A stretch of 47,361 nucleotides of DNA from Coriobacteriia bacterium (GTDB lineage: Bacteria > Actinomycetota > Coriobacteriia > WRKU01 > WQUG01), in the NCBI GenBank assembly GCA_009781115.1, contig WQYT01000003.1, forward strand, positions 1 to 47,361. The letters run 5' to 3'. Made by a program: the position numbers and the translations under genes. Below are positions 1 through 8,456 of this stretch, in pieces; positions within the stretch are counted from its first letter, which is position 1; each line of letters begins with the position of its first letter. The notes beneath the pieces were generated by a model, which was not told the DNA's origin, did no database searches, and saw nothing but the letters and a program-made list of their open reading frames with translations.

Positions 1-240
1 GATAAAAGCGATCTGGAAACGCAAGGTCATCGATTCAAAGGGGCCCATCGCGAACACATGGCCGTTGTTCGGCAGGTAGGGATGCAGCGGTTTCAGCAGC
101 AGATCGAACGTGAAAACATAGATGACATGCTGATAGCAGATCAGCGTAGTGGCGATCACCGCGACAATGCAGATAGTCAAGCGCTTGCGCAGCTCTGCCA
201 CATGGTCGAAGAACGGCGCGCGCTTAGCTTGGATCGGCAT
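1..240 (-). CDS. tatC: Twin-arginine translocase subunit TatC (N-terminal part, truncated by window edge)
   Basis: Not in the ORF track. Manual translation from ATG at 240 gives MPIQAKRAPFFDHVAELRKRLTICIVAVIATT...MGPFESMTLRFQIAFI, matching the TatC N-terminal 'H(L/V)xELRxRL' motif and the later 'P.E' motif. It overlaps the end of the upstream tatB-like gene. Confidence 0.9.
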   Translation of the reverse strand, partial: MPIQAKRAPFFDHVAELRKRLTICIVAVIATTLICYQHVIYVFTFDLLLKPLHPYLPNNGHVFAMGPFESMTLRFQIAFI

Positions 241-733
241 CACGCGCCTCCTCTGCTTTTTTATTGATACTGTCGCCCGGGTCTGGGTCTGGGTCTGCCG
301 GACCAGCCACCTGGACAGCTGGCGCAGACGGCGACGCATCGTCTGTGGCGGTCGGGGCAGAGCCATCGGCTTCAGGCGGCGTCGGCGCCGCAGGACCAGA
401 CAAAGACGACCAGATGCTTGAGGCGTCAGCAACAGCAGAACGCGCCTCCCGTAGGGGCGCGGTGGTCTCTTTTAAGGGGTCGAGCAACGTGGCAACATTA
501 TTCTTCAGTTCCTGAGTACCCAGCGGATCTTTCAGGGTCTTCAGCATTTCGATATCCTCCGGGCGGATGACCTGGGCTGTCACTTCTTCAACCTGAGCCT
601 TTGCCTCCCGAAACATTTTGAGCGCCTTGCCCAACAGTTTAAAAATATCAGGAATCTTATCCGGTCCGAATGCGATCAACACGAACAACGCGATGATCAC
701 AAACTCCCAACTGCTTATCCCAAGAAACGACAC
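224..733 (-). CDS. tatB: Twin-arginine translocase TatA/TatB family subunit (TatB-like)
   Basis: N-terminal TM helix with Glu (WEFVIIALFVLIAFGPDKIP), amphipathic helix and long Pro/Ala-rich tail; directly upstream of tatC. Confidence 0.8.
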   Translation of the reverse strand: MSFLGISSWEFVIIALFVLIAFGPDKIPDIFKLLGKALKMFREAKAQVEEVTAQVIRPEDIEMLKTLKDPLGTQELKNNVATLLDPLKETTAPLREARSAVADASSIWSSLSGPAAPTPPEADGSAPTATDDASPSAPAVQVAGPADPDPDPGDSINKKAEEARDADPS

Positions 734-772
734 GCGCGACCCTTCTTATACTCATTCACCAGCACTTCTGTA

Positions 773-1459
773 CTACTGTGCCGTATTCAGTTTATCTATC
801 TCTTGCTGTATCTGGGTCTTTAAAGTGCCCGACGCACCCTTTTCTATCGCTGTGCGGAATGCTGCGATTGCTTCTGTCTTGGCATTCTTATCACTTGAGG
901 TTGTCATTGTCAGCAAGTAACCCAGATTTGCCCAGGCTTCGGCGTTAGCCGGAATCTTTTTGGTAACTTCACGGGCTACAACTAAAGCCTGCGCCTGATC
1001 ACTGCTGTAGGCCAGAGCCTGAACATAGAAATTGGCTACCGAGGCATCGGTGGGCTTTAGACTGTTGGCTTTTTTCAGGTAGGGCACAGCCTCCTGATAG
1101 CGGGCAGTCGCATCGGCCTTGGCCTGCACACTGGTTGAGTTCATCAAATCCTGTGCCCACAGAAAATAGGTCTGCGCCACATTCTTATTCGCGTCAAAAT
1201 CGTCAGGCTTGCTCTTGAGCGTCGTCAGCTGCGTTGTGACCAGCGGCTGGTACTGCGCGTTGATTGCGTTTACGGTCGTCTGGTCTGAGGCGTCCTGGGT
1301 GCTGACACTGTTTGAATTTGGGCTACTGTTGCCCGTATTCAAGCCACCGCTGAAAACCTGGAACAATCCTGCCGCCGCCATGCCAACCAGCACGCCAATC
1401 AGGACAATCCAGACAACAACCCGATACCATAAAGGACTATTCTTTTTATCTATTGCCAT
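773..1459 (-). CDS. Membrane-anchored TPR-repeat protein
   Basis: Likely start MAIDKKNS at 1459. One TM helix, a Ser/Asn/Thr-rich linker, then helical TPR-like repeats (EAVPYLKKANSLKP, AEAWANLGYLL, EAIAAFRTAIE). Confidence 0.7.
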   Translation of the reverse strand: MAIDKKNSPLWYRVVVWIVLIGVLVGMAAAGLFQVFSGGLNTGNSSPNSNSVSTQDASDQTTVNAINAQYQPLVTTQLTTLKSKPDDFDANKNVAQTYFLWAQDLMNSTSVQAKADATARYQEAVPYLKKANSLKPTDASVANFYVQALAYSSDQAQALVVAREVTKKIPANAEAWANLGYLLTMTTSSDKNAKTEAIAAFRTAIEKGASGTLKTQIQQEIDKLNTAQ

Positions 1460-1478
1460 ACAAAACCGATCCCTGCGC

Positions 1479-1961
1479 TTATTTGCCGGTAGAAGTTGAG
1501 CCCGTGCCCGTGCCACTGATGTCAGGATGCCCTGCTGGCAACTGCTGCTGACCACTACCCATGCCGCCCATGCCACCCATACCGCCGCCGGTATCAGTCG
1601 TCGTCATGCTGCCGCCCATGTCAGAGCCACCGGTGCTTGCCGTCGGGGTCTGCTGGATTGTCGGAGGCGCGATGCTCCTGCCCAAGAAGATCCCGCCAAG
1701 AAAGCCGATAAGCAAGGTGATGATGGCGACCAGAACAACCACGGTTGTCGAAACGATCAAACCTTCATCCCGGTCCTCATCGCTGCGCGCGGCAGACTTC
1801 TTAGACCCGCCAGATGCGGGAGAAGCTTTACCGCTCGATTTTTTCGTAGGCTGATTAGTGCGTGCAGGCTGCTTTTTTCCGCCAGATTTCGATTTCTGGG
1901 GCGCCGCTGCCTTCGTCGCTTGCTCTTCATCATCAAAAAAGAAGTCGTCCTGCGTACTCAT
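1479..1961 (-). CDS. Single-pass membrane protein with GGM repeats and C-terminal LPAGHP motif
   Basis: GGAGG RBS upstream; acidic then Lys-rich N-terminus, one TM helix, low-complexity tail GGGMGGMGGMG...LPAGHP. Confidence 0.7.
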   Translation of the reverse strand: MSTQDDFFFDDEEQATKAAAPQKSKSGGKKQPARTNQPTKKSSGKASPASGGSKKSAARSDEDRDEGLIVSTTVVVLVAIITLLIGFLGGIFLGRSIAPPTIQQTPTASTGGSDMGGSMTTTDTGGGMGGMGGMGSGQQQLPAGHPDISGTGTGSTSTGK

Positions 1962-2022
1962 ATATGCCTCCTGGAAAAACTTTAGGATGGACGGTCAACT
2001 TATTGAGTATATCAGAATAAAC

Positions 2023-2120
2023 TACCCCGCAGCAGAGACTGCGGGGTATCAACTCAAGCAGACCTGGATTCTGCGACTACGCGCAGAATGACAATCAACG
2101 CAGCAGAGCTGCGAGGTATC
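2023..2120. repeat. Cluster of REP-like palindromes
   Basis: Perfect 10-bp inverted repeat TACCCCGCAG-N6-CTGCGGGGTA (2023-2048) with a degenerate second copy CGCAGCAGAGCTGCGAGGTATC (2099-2120). Between them is a TGTC/CGTC-tagged palindrome that reads TGTCATTCTGCGCGTAGTCGCAGAATCCAG on the minus strand (2064-2093). Confidence 0.65.
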
Positions 2121-2142
2121 AGACCCCAAAAGGAATGAAGCA

Positions 2143-3495
2143 CTAAACCCGAAGTTTATCCCTGATCGTCTCGACGCGCGCTTTGATAGCCGCTCCGTCC
2201 TGCCCGGTCCAGTCACCGTCCGCATACAGGGCCTTACCGCCAACCATCACCAGCACAATATCGGAACGATGCGAGGTGTGCACCAGAGCGCTCTCCGGTT
2301 CGCGTGTGGGCACCTGGGCAGAATGCGTCAGGTCAACAACCACCAGATCAGCAAGCTTTCCCGGCTCAAGCGATCCGACCCGGTCATCCAGACCAAGGGC
2401 GCGCGCGCCATCCAGGGTAGCAAACTGCAAGTACTGATGAGCGCTGAAGAAGCGCTTTCTGGTTGGGGTGCTTTGACTGCGCTGAATCAAAAGGCCATTG
2501 GACATCTCTGCAAACATGCCCATCGTATTTGTTGCCGCCGGGGAATCTGTCCCCAGGCCGATAGTCAGGCCCGCCTCAAGAAATTCATCTATCGGGGCAG
2601 TTCCCATACCAAGCTTTGCGTTACAACGCGGACAGGTGGCGATTGCTACCTGTGAGCGCGCCAGGATCTCAATATCTTCGCGGTCAACCTGCGTACAGTG
2701 GATAGCCAAAAAGCGCGGCACACTGAAAATTTGCCACTGGTCAACATAGCGGACCGGAGACACGCCCGTTGGCAGCCAGAGCGGGGCGGCGGCGTCATAT
2801 TGCTCGCGCACTTCAAAGCCCAGCATTGACGAGCCGTATTTTACGAACTGATACTCCTCCAGGCTACCCGCCAGATGCATGGCGACCGGACGACCGTCGG
2901 CTGCGTAGTCACGGACCGCGCTGAAGAGCTGTGGGTGGCAGGAGTAGGGCGAGTGGGGCGCGATGCCCACTTCAAGACGGTCAGCGTCAAACGCGGCCTC
3001 CCACTCAGCGATATCTGCCAGCGCGCGGTCCATCACCGCGTCAAGCTGGTGGCGCTCCATCCCCTCGACTTCACGGTAAATGACACCCCGCAGGCCAACG
3101 TCCTGCGCCGCGCGGCCCGAAGCGCCCGTCTGCGTAATATCAGCTATGGTCGTAATGCCAGAAGCCAGAGCCTCCAGAGCCCCCAGCTGAGCTGAGTCCT
3201 CCCAATCACGGGCAGTAAACGCCGCTTCATGCGCCATGACTTTCGACTTCCACTGCGCATAGGGCACGTCATCTACAATGCCCCGGAGCGCCGTGTATTC
3301 CAGGTGCGTATGCGCGTCGACAAAGCCCGGGATCAGAGCCGCCAGCCCAAAGTCTGTGACCGGCTCATCTGCATAAGCCCGCTCAAGATCAGACGCCGCC
3401 CCGACTGCAACGATTTTCTCGTCACGGACGACGACGGCGCCGTTTTCTATAGAGGGCGCAGAGACAGGAAGTACATAGCGCGCCTTGATGAGCAT
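2143..3495 (-). CDS. Amidohydrolase family protein (MTA/SAH or aminofutalosine deaminase-like)
   Basis: PGFVDAHTHL (HxH), PHSPY, HLAGS, HCTQ, GTDS and GSLEPGKLAD motifs of the metal-dependent TIM-barrel deaminases. Confidence 0.85.
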   Translation of the reverse strand: MLIKARYVLPVSAPSIENGAVVVRDEKIVAVGAASDLERAYADEPVTDFGLAALIPGFVDAHTHLEYTALRGIVDDVPYAQWKSKVMAHEAAFTARDWEDSAQLGALEALASGITTIADITQTGASGRAAQDVGLRGVIYREVEGMERHQLDAVMDRALADIAEWEAAFDADRLEVGIAPHSPYSCHPQLFSAVRDYAADGRPVAMHLAGSLEEYQFVKYGSSMLGFEVREQYDAAAPLWLPTGVSPVRYVDQWQIFSVPRFLAIHCTQVDREDIEILARSQVAIATCPRCNAKLGMGTAPIDEFLEAGLTIGLGTDSPAATNTMGMFAEMSNGLLIQRSQSTPTRKRFFSAHQYLQFATLDGARALGLDDRVGSLEPGKLADLVVVDLTHSAQVPTREPESALVHTSHRSDIVLVMVGGKALYADGDWTGQDGAAIKARVETIRDKLRV

Positions 3496-3501
3496 GCGAG
3501 T

Positions 3502-4704
3502 TTAAAAACTCCCTGAGGCGTGGCACTTTGCGCAGTCCGAGGGGCTGTGGCATTTAAAGCAACTGGCAACCCCGCTTGCCTGGGAAGCAGCGCCGTGTCC
3601 CTTGAGCCAGGCAGCCGCTGTCGTGTAGGTATAGCCCGCGACATTAGGGTCGCTGTGGTGGCAGCTTGAGCAAGTACTGCCCCCCGCTGTGCCGTCAGTG
3701 TGGCATTTTGCACACGCGGCGGGATTTGCCTGCGCCGCAGCTTTATGATTTGCCGTGAAGTCCGCCGGATGCGGCATCTCGACGCCACCGTGACAGTCAG
3801 AGCAGAACTTCTTCTCGTGGCAGGTGTAGCACTCGTTGATCGTCTTCATCGACGGAACGTTTTTCACCGCCTGAGCATACTTGTCTGGATTTACCTTACG
3901 CTCCGGCTCCTTGGCAATTTCTGCCTGAGCTTCCTTGACCTTGTCGGCCTCCTCGTTTGCCAGCTTGCCATGCTCCGCCATGAAGTCAGGCGCATTATGA
4001 CTTGTGGGCTTCAGGTCGAAGTTGTCCGTATGACAGGTCGAACAGCTACCCTTGGCAGAGGAGAACGGAGAAGGCTCAGCCTGACCGTCATCAGCCAGAC
4101 GATGACAGCGGCAGCAGCCGTTCATAGTCATAAAGTTCGAGTGCCCCTGGTTGGGCTTACCGGTCGCAGGGTCGGTATTGACCAGCGCGATGCCTTCCTC
4201 ATTATGGGCGACCCGGTTATGGCACACCGTACAGGCAATGGAAAGGTTCTCATGAACGTCATGATCGATCTTCAGTCCAGGAGGAGGCGTTACTTTCTGA
4301 ACCGACAGATCGTGGCACTGGGTGCACTGGGCTGACGTCATATGACCGCCGCCCATCGCGACCTCACTGTTTTTGTTCAGAGGAATCTCAAAACCCTTGG
4401 GGCTGGAAAACATCAGAGGTATCTCGCCAACAGCGGCCTCAACCTTTAAGTATAAAAACTCGATGGGGTTGGCGTTTACCGGCTCATGGCACGAAATGCA
4501 CGCGACATTTTTATGCGTTGAGTTATTGTACGATCCGATAGTATCCCTCTGGGCCGAGTGACAGAAGCTGGCGCAGAACCAGTAGGTGCTCGACACGGCA
4601 ACCGCAACAAACACAAATACAAGGAGCGCAACCACTACAACGCCCGTCCAGATGATGGCGCGCGGGCGCGTCACCGGATTACGAAAAGACTCAATCAGTT
4701 TCAT
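3502..4704 (-). CDS. Membrane-anchored multihaem cytochrome c (NapC/NirT-like N-terminus, ~12 haems)
   Basis: N-terminal TM helix; 11 CxxCH motifs (CISCH, CTQCH, CTVCH, CCRCH, CSTCH, CYTCH, CSDCH, CAKCH, CSSCH, CFKCH, CAKCH) plus one CxxxCH (CASFCH). GAGGAA precedes the ATG at 4704. Confidence 0.9.
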   Translation of the reverse strand: MKLIESFRNPVTRPRAIIWTGVVVVALLVFVFVAVAVSSTYWFCASFCHSAQRDTIGSYNNSTHKNVACISCHEPVNANPIEFLYLKVEAAVGEIPLMFSSPKGFEIPLNKNSEVAMGGGHMTSAQCTQCHDLSVQKVTPPPGLKIDHDVHENLSIACTVCHNRVAHNEEGIALVNTDPATGKPNQGHSNFMTMNGCCRCHRLADDGQAEPSPFSSAKGSCSTCHTDNFDLKPTSHNAPDFMAEHGKLANEEADKVKEAQAEIAKEPERKVNPDKYAQAVKNVPSMKTINECYTCHEKKFCSDCHGGVEMPHPADFTANHKAAAQANPAACAKCHTDGTAGGSTCSSCHHSDPNVAGYTYTTAAAWLKGHGAASQASGVASCFKCHSPSDCAKCHASGSF

Positions 4705-4810
4705 GTGCTTCCTCACAACATTTTCCGAGCGTCCCGGGACCCTAAGTTATATCGATAAAAGTTTAGCAGAAATCGCCTGCAATGTGCAGCCCTTGTTCAG
4801 GATTATTTCA

Positions 4811-4845
4811 AGGGGCGCGGTTGATAGCGCATCAACCGCGCCCCT
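4811..4845 (-). terminator. Stem-loop, probable terminator of the glycan operon
   Basis: Perfect 15-bp inverted repeat AGGGGCGCGGTTGAT-agcgc-ATCAACCGCGCCCCT about 20 nt past the ligase stop; the U-tract is weak. Confidence 0.65.
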
Positions 4846-4864
4846 GATCCAGTAAATACTGCGC

Positions 4865-7132
4865 CTACTTTGCGGGCGCAAACGGCCCCGGGGTAGCCGT
4901 AGCCGCCTGCGATTGAGACGCCTTTAGCTCGTCGTAAGCCTGTTTGGCTTGCTGGAATCGTGGGTCGCCCTTTACGCAGAACTGGAATTGCTTGAGTGCC
5001 TCATCCATCTTGCCCTGCCCCTGAAGCGCCAGGCCATAATAATAGCGCAGCGCAAGCCCGTTGGGCATGGCGTCAACCTGCGGCGAAAGCGTTTTTACCG
5101 TTTTGTCATAGTAGGCGTTTGCCTGCTTAGTGTTGCCAAGGCTCTGGTACTGCCCCCCCATCATATTCCAGAAAATGGCGGCATACAGATAGCTGTCATA
5201 CTCATAGGGAGAAAGCTTTAGGAGAGTCGTGATCGACTGCTCGGTCTGTTTAATCTGAGCCGCGGCGTTTTGCGGACTTTTCTGGACGGCTGCCTGTGTC
5301 TTCTGAGTCAGCAGGCTGACTTCGCGGGCACGATAGATCTCGATCGTCGGATTAAGACGACAGGCGCTCTTTGCCTCTGCAATCGAAGCGTCCAGCGCGT
5401 TCTCATCCAGATTGCCTTTATCGTCCTGCGTACTATAGGCGCCTGCCAGATAGTAATGGTGATCGGCCATGATAAAGCGCGTCGCAAACACCGTGGGCAC
5501 CAGCGCAAGCACGACTGCGGCTACCGAAGCGGGCACCACCCAGGGCACCGGATCGATCACGACTGCCCTGGTGCGCGGCACGATCAGAACCCCCAGGAGG
5601 ATCCACAGCAGGAAGCTTGCGCCCGGGATCGATATGCCAAAGAAAAGGTGGACGTTATAGGCAACGACCGCCGCGACAAAGCCGATAAATATCATCCGCT
5701 CGCCCTTGTGCTTATCATCAGGCGCGACACACAGCTTGATCGCCGGGGCAATGACCCAGACCATAAAGGAATAAAAGGCCAGCATCCCGATGACACCGAT
5801 ACCCACCGCAAGCTGCAGGGGAAAGTTATGCACGTTATCGGCAACATTATCAAAGCTCGCGTCCTTGTTGTACACAAAGGGCTCAAACCGGCGAAACACC
5901 AGACGAAACGTATCCGAGCCCCATCCAAAGAGGGGCCGCTCCTTGATCGCACGCAGCGCCGCGCCCCATATCTCAAAGCGCGTCAGGGCGCTGCCTGACT
6001 TAAACTGGAAGATCGAGGTCACCCGGCTCCAGAAGTTCATGACGACCGATTTTGATCCGAGCGAAGTAACCGCCACAAGTACTGCCCCCAGGCCTACGCC
6101 CCCGGCAAAACCAAAGTCGAGCTTCATCCAGCGCGGCTTTTGCTTGATCAGCAGGATGACCGCCAGAATCAGGCCGACTGCGCCGCCGACCCAGATCGAG
6201 CGCGACTTGGCAGTGATCATCACCATGCCATTAAGCACCAGCACGATCCAGTAAAAGACCCGCCAGCTTTTGCGTTCCTCCGAGAGCACCAGGCCCAGCG
6301 TGACAAAGAAGCCAAACGCAAGAAAGCCGGCAAGCAGGTCGGGATTGCCGTAGGTAGAAAACGAGCGGAACTTCTCGAAAGGAAGCTGGCCCCAGGGCAA
6401 CAGATCAAGATTGAGGCTTACGGCCGACTTCAAACCAAAGATATGCTTGCCAATAAACGTGAACGCAGGATTCAGGACCGCAGGGAGCCACTGGAGCAGC
6501 CCATAAAACGCCACGAACAGGCTGGAAAGGCTGAGCGTCCGGGCGAGCAGTTTGATGCGTTCATAGGTCGTCACATACTGCACCGTGACAAAGAACAGGA
6601 TCGCGTAGATCAGGTAGGACCAGAGTCCGTCATAACGCTTATGCTTGCCAAAAAACGCCGTCAACGGCGATACGGACACGACCGTGCTGATGCCAATCCA
6701 AATCAGAAGGCCCGCCAACAGGAGATATATCTTGTGATAGCGAATCTCTCCCCCGTTTTTGAGCAGGTCGATCAGCCAGGAGACCAGCAGGACCAGCGAG
6801 CCGACCCTCAGGACCCACACCTTGACCGTATCAAAGGCGTCATAGGTGACCATCCCCTGGTTCGCGAAAAAGAAGTTCATCGCAAGCGGCACCAAAAAGA
6901 CGAGCGTCAGAAGCACGTAGAACGTGAAGCGCCCTTCGGCTGACATCTCGCGCATCGAGAAATCGCCGATCTCCGGCGCGAACTCGGCGCCGTGCGCGCC
7001 TGCAGCGGCGACGGCAGCAGGCTCAGAGCTGCGGGTCTTTTGCTGGGCCGGCGAAGACTCAGTTTGCGCCGCCGCGTTGCGGAGGGTGGTCGGTTTGTGC
7101 TGCTTTGATTTTGATTTTTTCCGTTTTGCCAT
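4865..7132 (-). CDS. O-antigen ligase / oligosaccharyltransferase family (Wzy_C) protein with C-terminal TPR-like domain
   Basis: At least 12 hydrophobic segments; motifs GNPDLLAGFL, SRSIW, RFEIW, GWGSDTF and DNVHN (conserved His); soluble TPR-like C-terminus. Confidence 0.85.
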   Translation of the reverse strand: MAKRKKSKSKQHKPTTLRNAAAQTESSPAQQKTRSSEPAAVAAAGAHGAEFAPEIGDFSMREMSAEGRFTFYVLLTLVFLVPLAMNFFFANQGMVTYDAFDTVKVWVLRVGSLVLLVSWLIDLLKNGGEIRYHKIYLLLAGLLIWIGISTVVSVSPLTAFFGKHKRYDGLWSYLIYAILFFVTVQYVTTYERIKLLARTLSLSSLFVAFYGLLQWLPAVLNPAFTFIGKHIFGLKSAVSLNLDLLPWGQLPFEKFRSFSTYGNPDLLAGFLAFGFFVTLGLVLSEERKSWRVFYWIVLVLNGMVMITAKSRSIWVGGAVGLILAVILLIKQKPRWMKLDFGFAGGVGLGAVLVAVTSLGSKSVVMNFWSRVTSIFQFKSGSALTRFEIWGAALRAIKERPLFGWGSDTFRLVFRRFEPFVYNKDASFDNVADNVHNFPLQLAVGIGVIGMLAFYSFMVWVIAPAIKLCVAPDDKHKGERMIFIGFVAAVVAYNVHLFFGISIPGASFLLWILLGVLIVPRTRAVVIDPVPWVVPASVAAVVLALVPTVFATRFIMADHHYYLAGAYSTQDDKGNLDENALDASIAEAKSACRLNPTIEIYRAREVSLLTQKTQAAVQKSPQNAAAQIKQTEQSITTLLKLSPYEYDSYLYAAIFWNMMGGQYQSLGNTKQANAYYDKTVKTLSPQVDAMPNGLALRYYYGLALQGQGKMDEALKQFQFCVKGDPRFQQAKQAYDELKASQSQAATATPGPFAPAK

Positions 7133-7135
7133 AGC

Positions 7136-8455
7136 TTACTGAGCTCCTCTTCCCGTCAGAACTACTTTTGCCGTTTCGATAATAATCTGCACATCCATCA
7201 TAAAGCTTTGATGGTAAAGATACATTAAATCATATTTCAGTTTACGCTCGGGAGTGGTGGCATAGCCACCGTTGACCTGCGCCAGGCCCGTTACTCCCGG
7301 TTTGATGTGGAAGCGCTCACGATAACCCGCGATGCTCATCAGATACTCTGCCACAAAGACCGGGCGCTCCGGGCGTGGGCCAATGAAACTCATCTCGCCT
7401 TTAAGCACGTTGACCAGCTGCAGGATCTCGTCGATGCGATACTTACGCAGGATACGCCCGCTGCGCGTGATGCGGGGGTCGTCTTCGGTGGCAAGCACCG
7501 GGCCGGAGAGTTGCTCCGCGTTACGGCGCATCGTGCGAAACTTGATGATCTTAAAGGGTCGCTCACCGCGCCCGACCCGCTCCTGACAATAGATGACTGG
7601 CCGGCCATCGTCTATGAGGATCGCGACGGTGGCAATGAGCAAAAGCGGGCTTGCGACAATCAGGAACAAGGCAGAAAGCAGAAGGTCGAACAGGCGCTTG
7701 ATCGCCCGCTGATAGCGCCTTCTACCCGACGAGGCGATCCGCATGAGCGGTATGTCGCCTAAAATCGTGTCGGTATGCCCGATAAATATCTCATAGAGCT
7801 CCGGGACCACGTCAACGGTCAGGCGTTGTTCATCAGAAAGTATCAGCTGCTCAATAAACTCGCGCCGGCCAGCAGGATCGGCGATGATGATGCGATTGAT
7901 CTCGTCTGCGGCTACGCGTTCATGAAGCGCTTCGAGCTTTGGCGCGGGCAGTATGCCTGCCAGCGTCCAGCCCCATTTGCGGCGCTCCTCCAGATAGCGC
8001 GCGACCTCAGCTGCCAGCGCGGAGTCACCGATGACGAGCGTGCGTTGCTCAGGCCAGCGGATGTGCCCGAAGCGCAAAAACAGCAGGCGCCAGCCAATAG
8101 CCAGCACCAGAGAAAACGCCCAGGCCAAAGGAAAGGTCCAGCGCGGAAACGCCGTGGTTGCCGTGCCCCCCAGAAACGCCACGGCCACGCTCAGCAGGAC
8201 GGCCAGCGTGACCGCCTTAAAGGCCGAAGAGCTGACCCCCCAGGGCGTGTCGATGTTTTCAGGCTCATAGAGGCCATAGATCCAGCCGGAGAGCAGATAG
8301 ATAATGGTGACAAACGGGGCCATGACCAGAAAGGCGTGAAGATTGCGCGCAGGGATGTGCCCGAGGAACCGCAGAACAAACGCCGCCGTAAGCGCCGCGC
8401 TTGCAAACAGCGCGTCAAGAAAGACCGAGAGGAAGTAGAACCGGAAACGTGACAT
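7136..8455 (-). CDS. Initiating polyprenyl-phosphate glycosylphosphotransferase (WcaJ/WbaP-like)
   Basis: Four N-terminal TM helices, a Rossmann-like linker, and a C-terminal Bac_transf domain (KRLFD, KFRTM, DDPRIT, DE..QL.NVLKGEMSFIGPRPE, KPGVTGLAQV). Confidence 0.92.
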   Translation of the reverse strand: MSRFRFYFLSVFLDALFASAALTAAFVLRFLGHIPARNLHAFLVMAPFVTIIYLLSGWIYGLYEPENIDTPWGVSSSAFKAVTLAVLLSVAVAFLGGTATTAFPRWTFPLAWAFSLVLAIGWRLLFLRFGHIRWPEQRTLVIGDSALAAEVARYLEERRKWGWTLAGILPAPKLEALHERVAADEINRIIIADPAGRREFIEQLILSDEQRLTVDVVPELYEIFIGHTDTILGDIPLMRIASSGRRRYQRAIKRLFDLLLSALFLIVASPLLLIATVAILIDDGRPVIYCQERVGRGERPFKIIKFRTMRRNAEQLSGPVLATEDDPRITRSGRILRKYRIDEILQLVNVLKGEMSFIGPRPERPVFVAEYLMSIAGYRERFHIKPGVTGLAQVNGGYATTPERKLKYDLMYLYHQSFMMDVQIIIETAKVVLTGRGAQ

Positions 8456-8456
8456 C

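Noticed and set aside
279-296. (GGGTCT)x3 microsatellite in tatB
   Set aside because: In-frame repeat encoding DPDPDP in a disordered tail; unremarkable.
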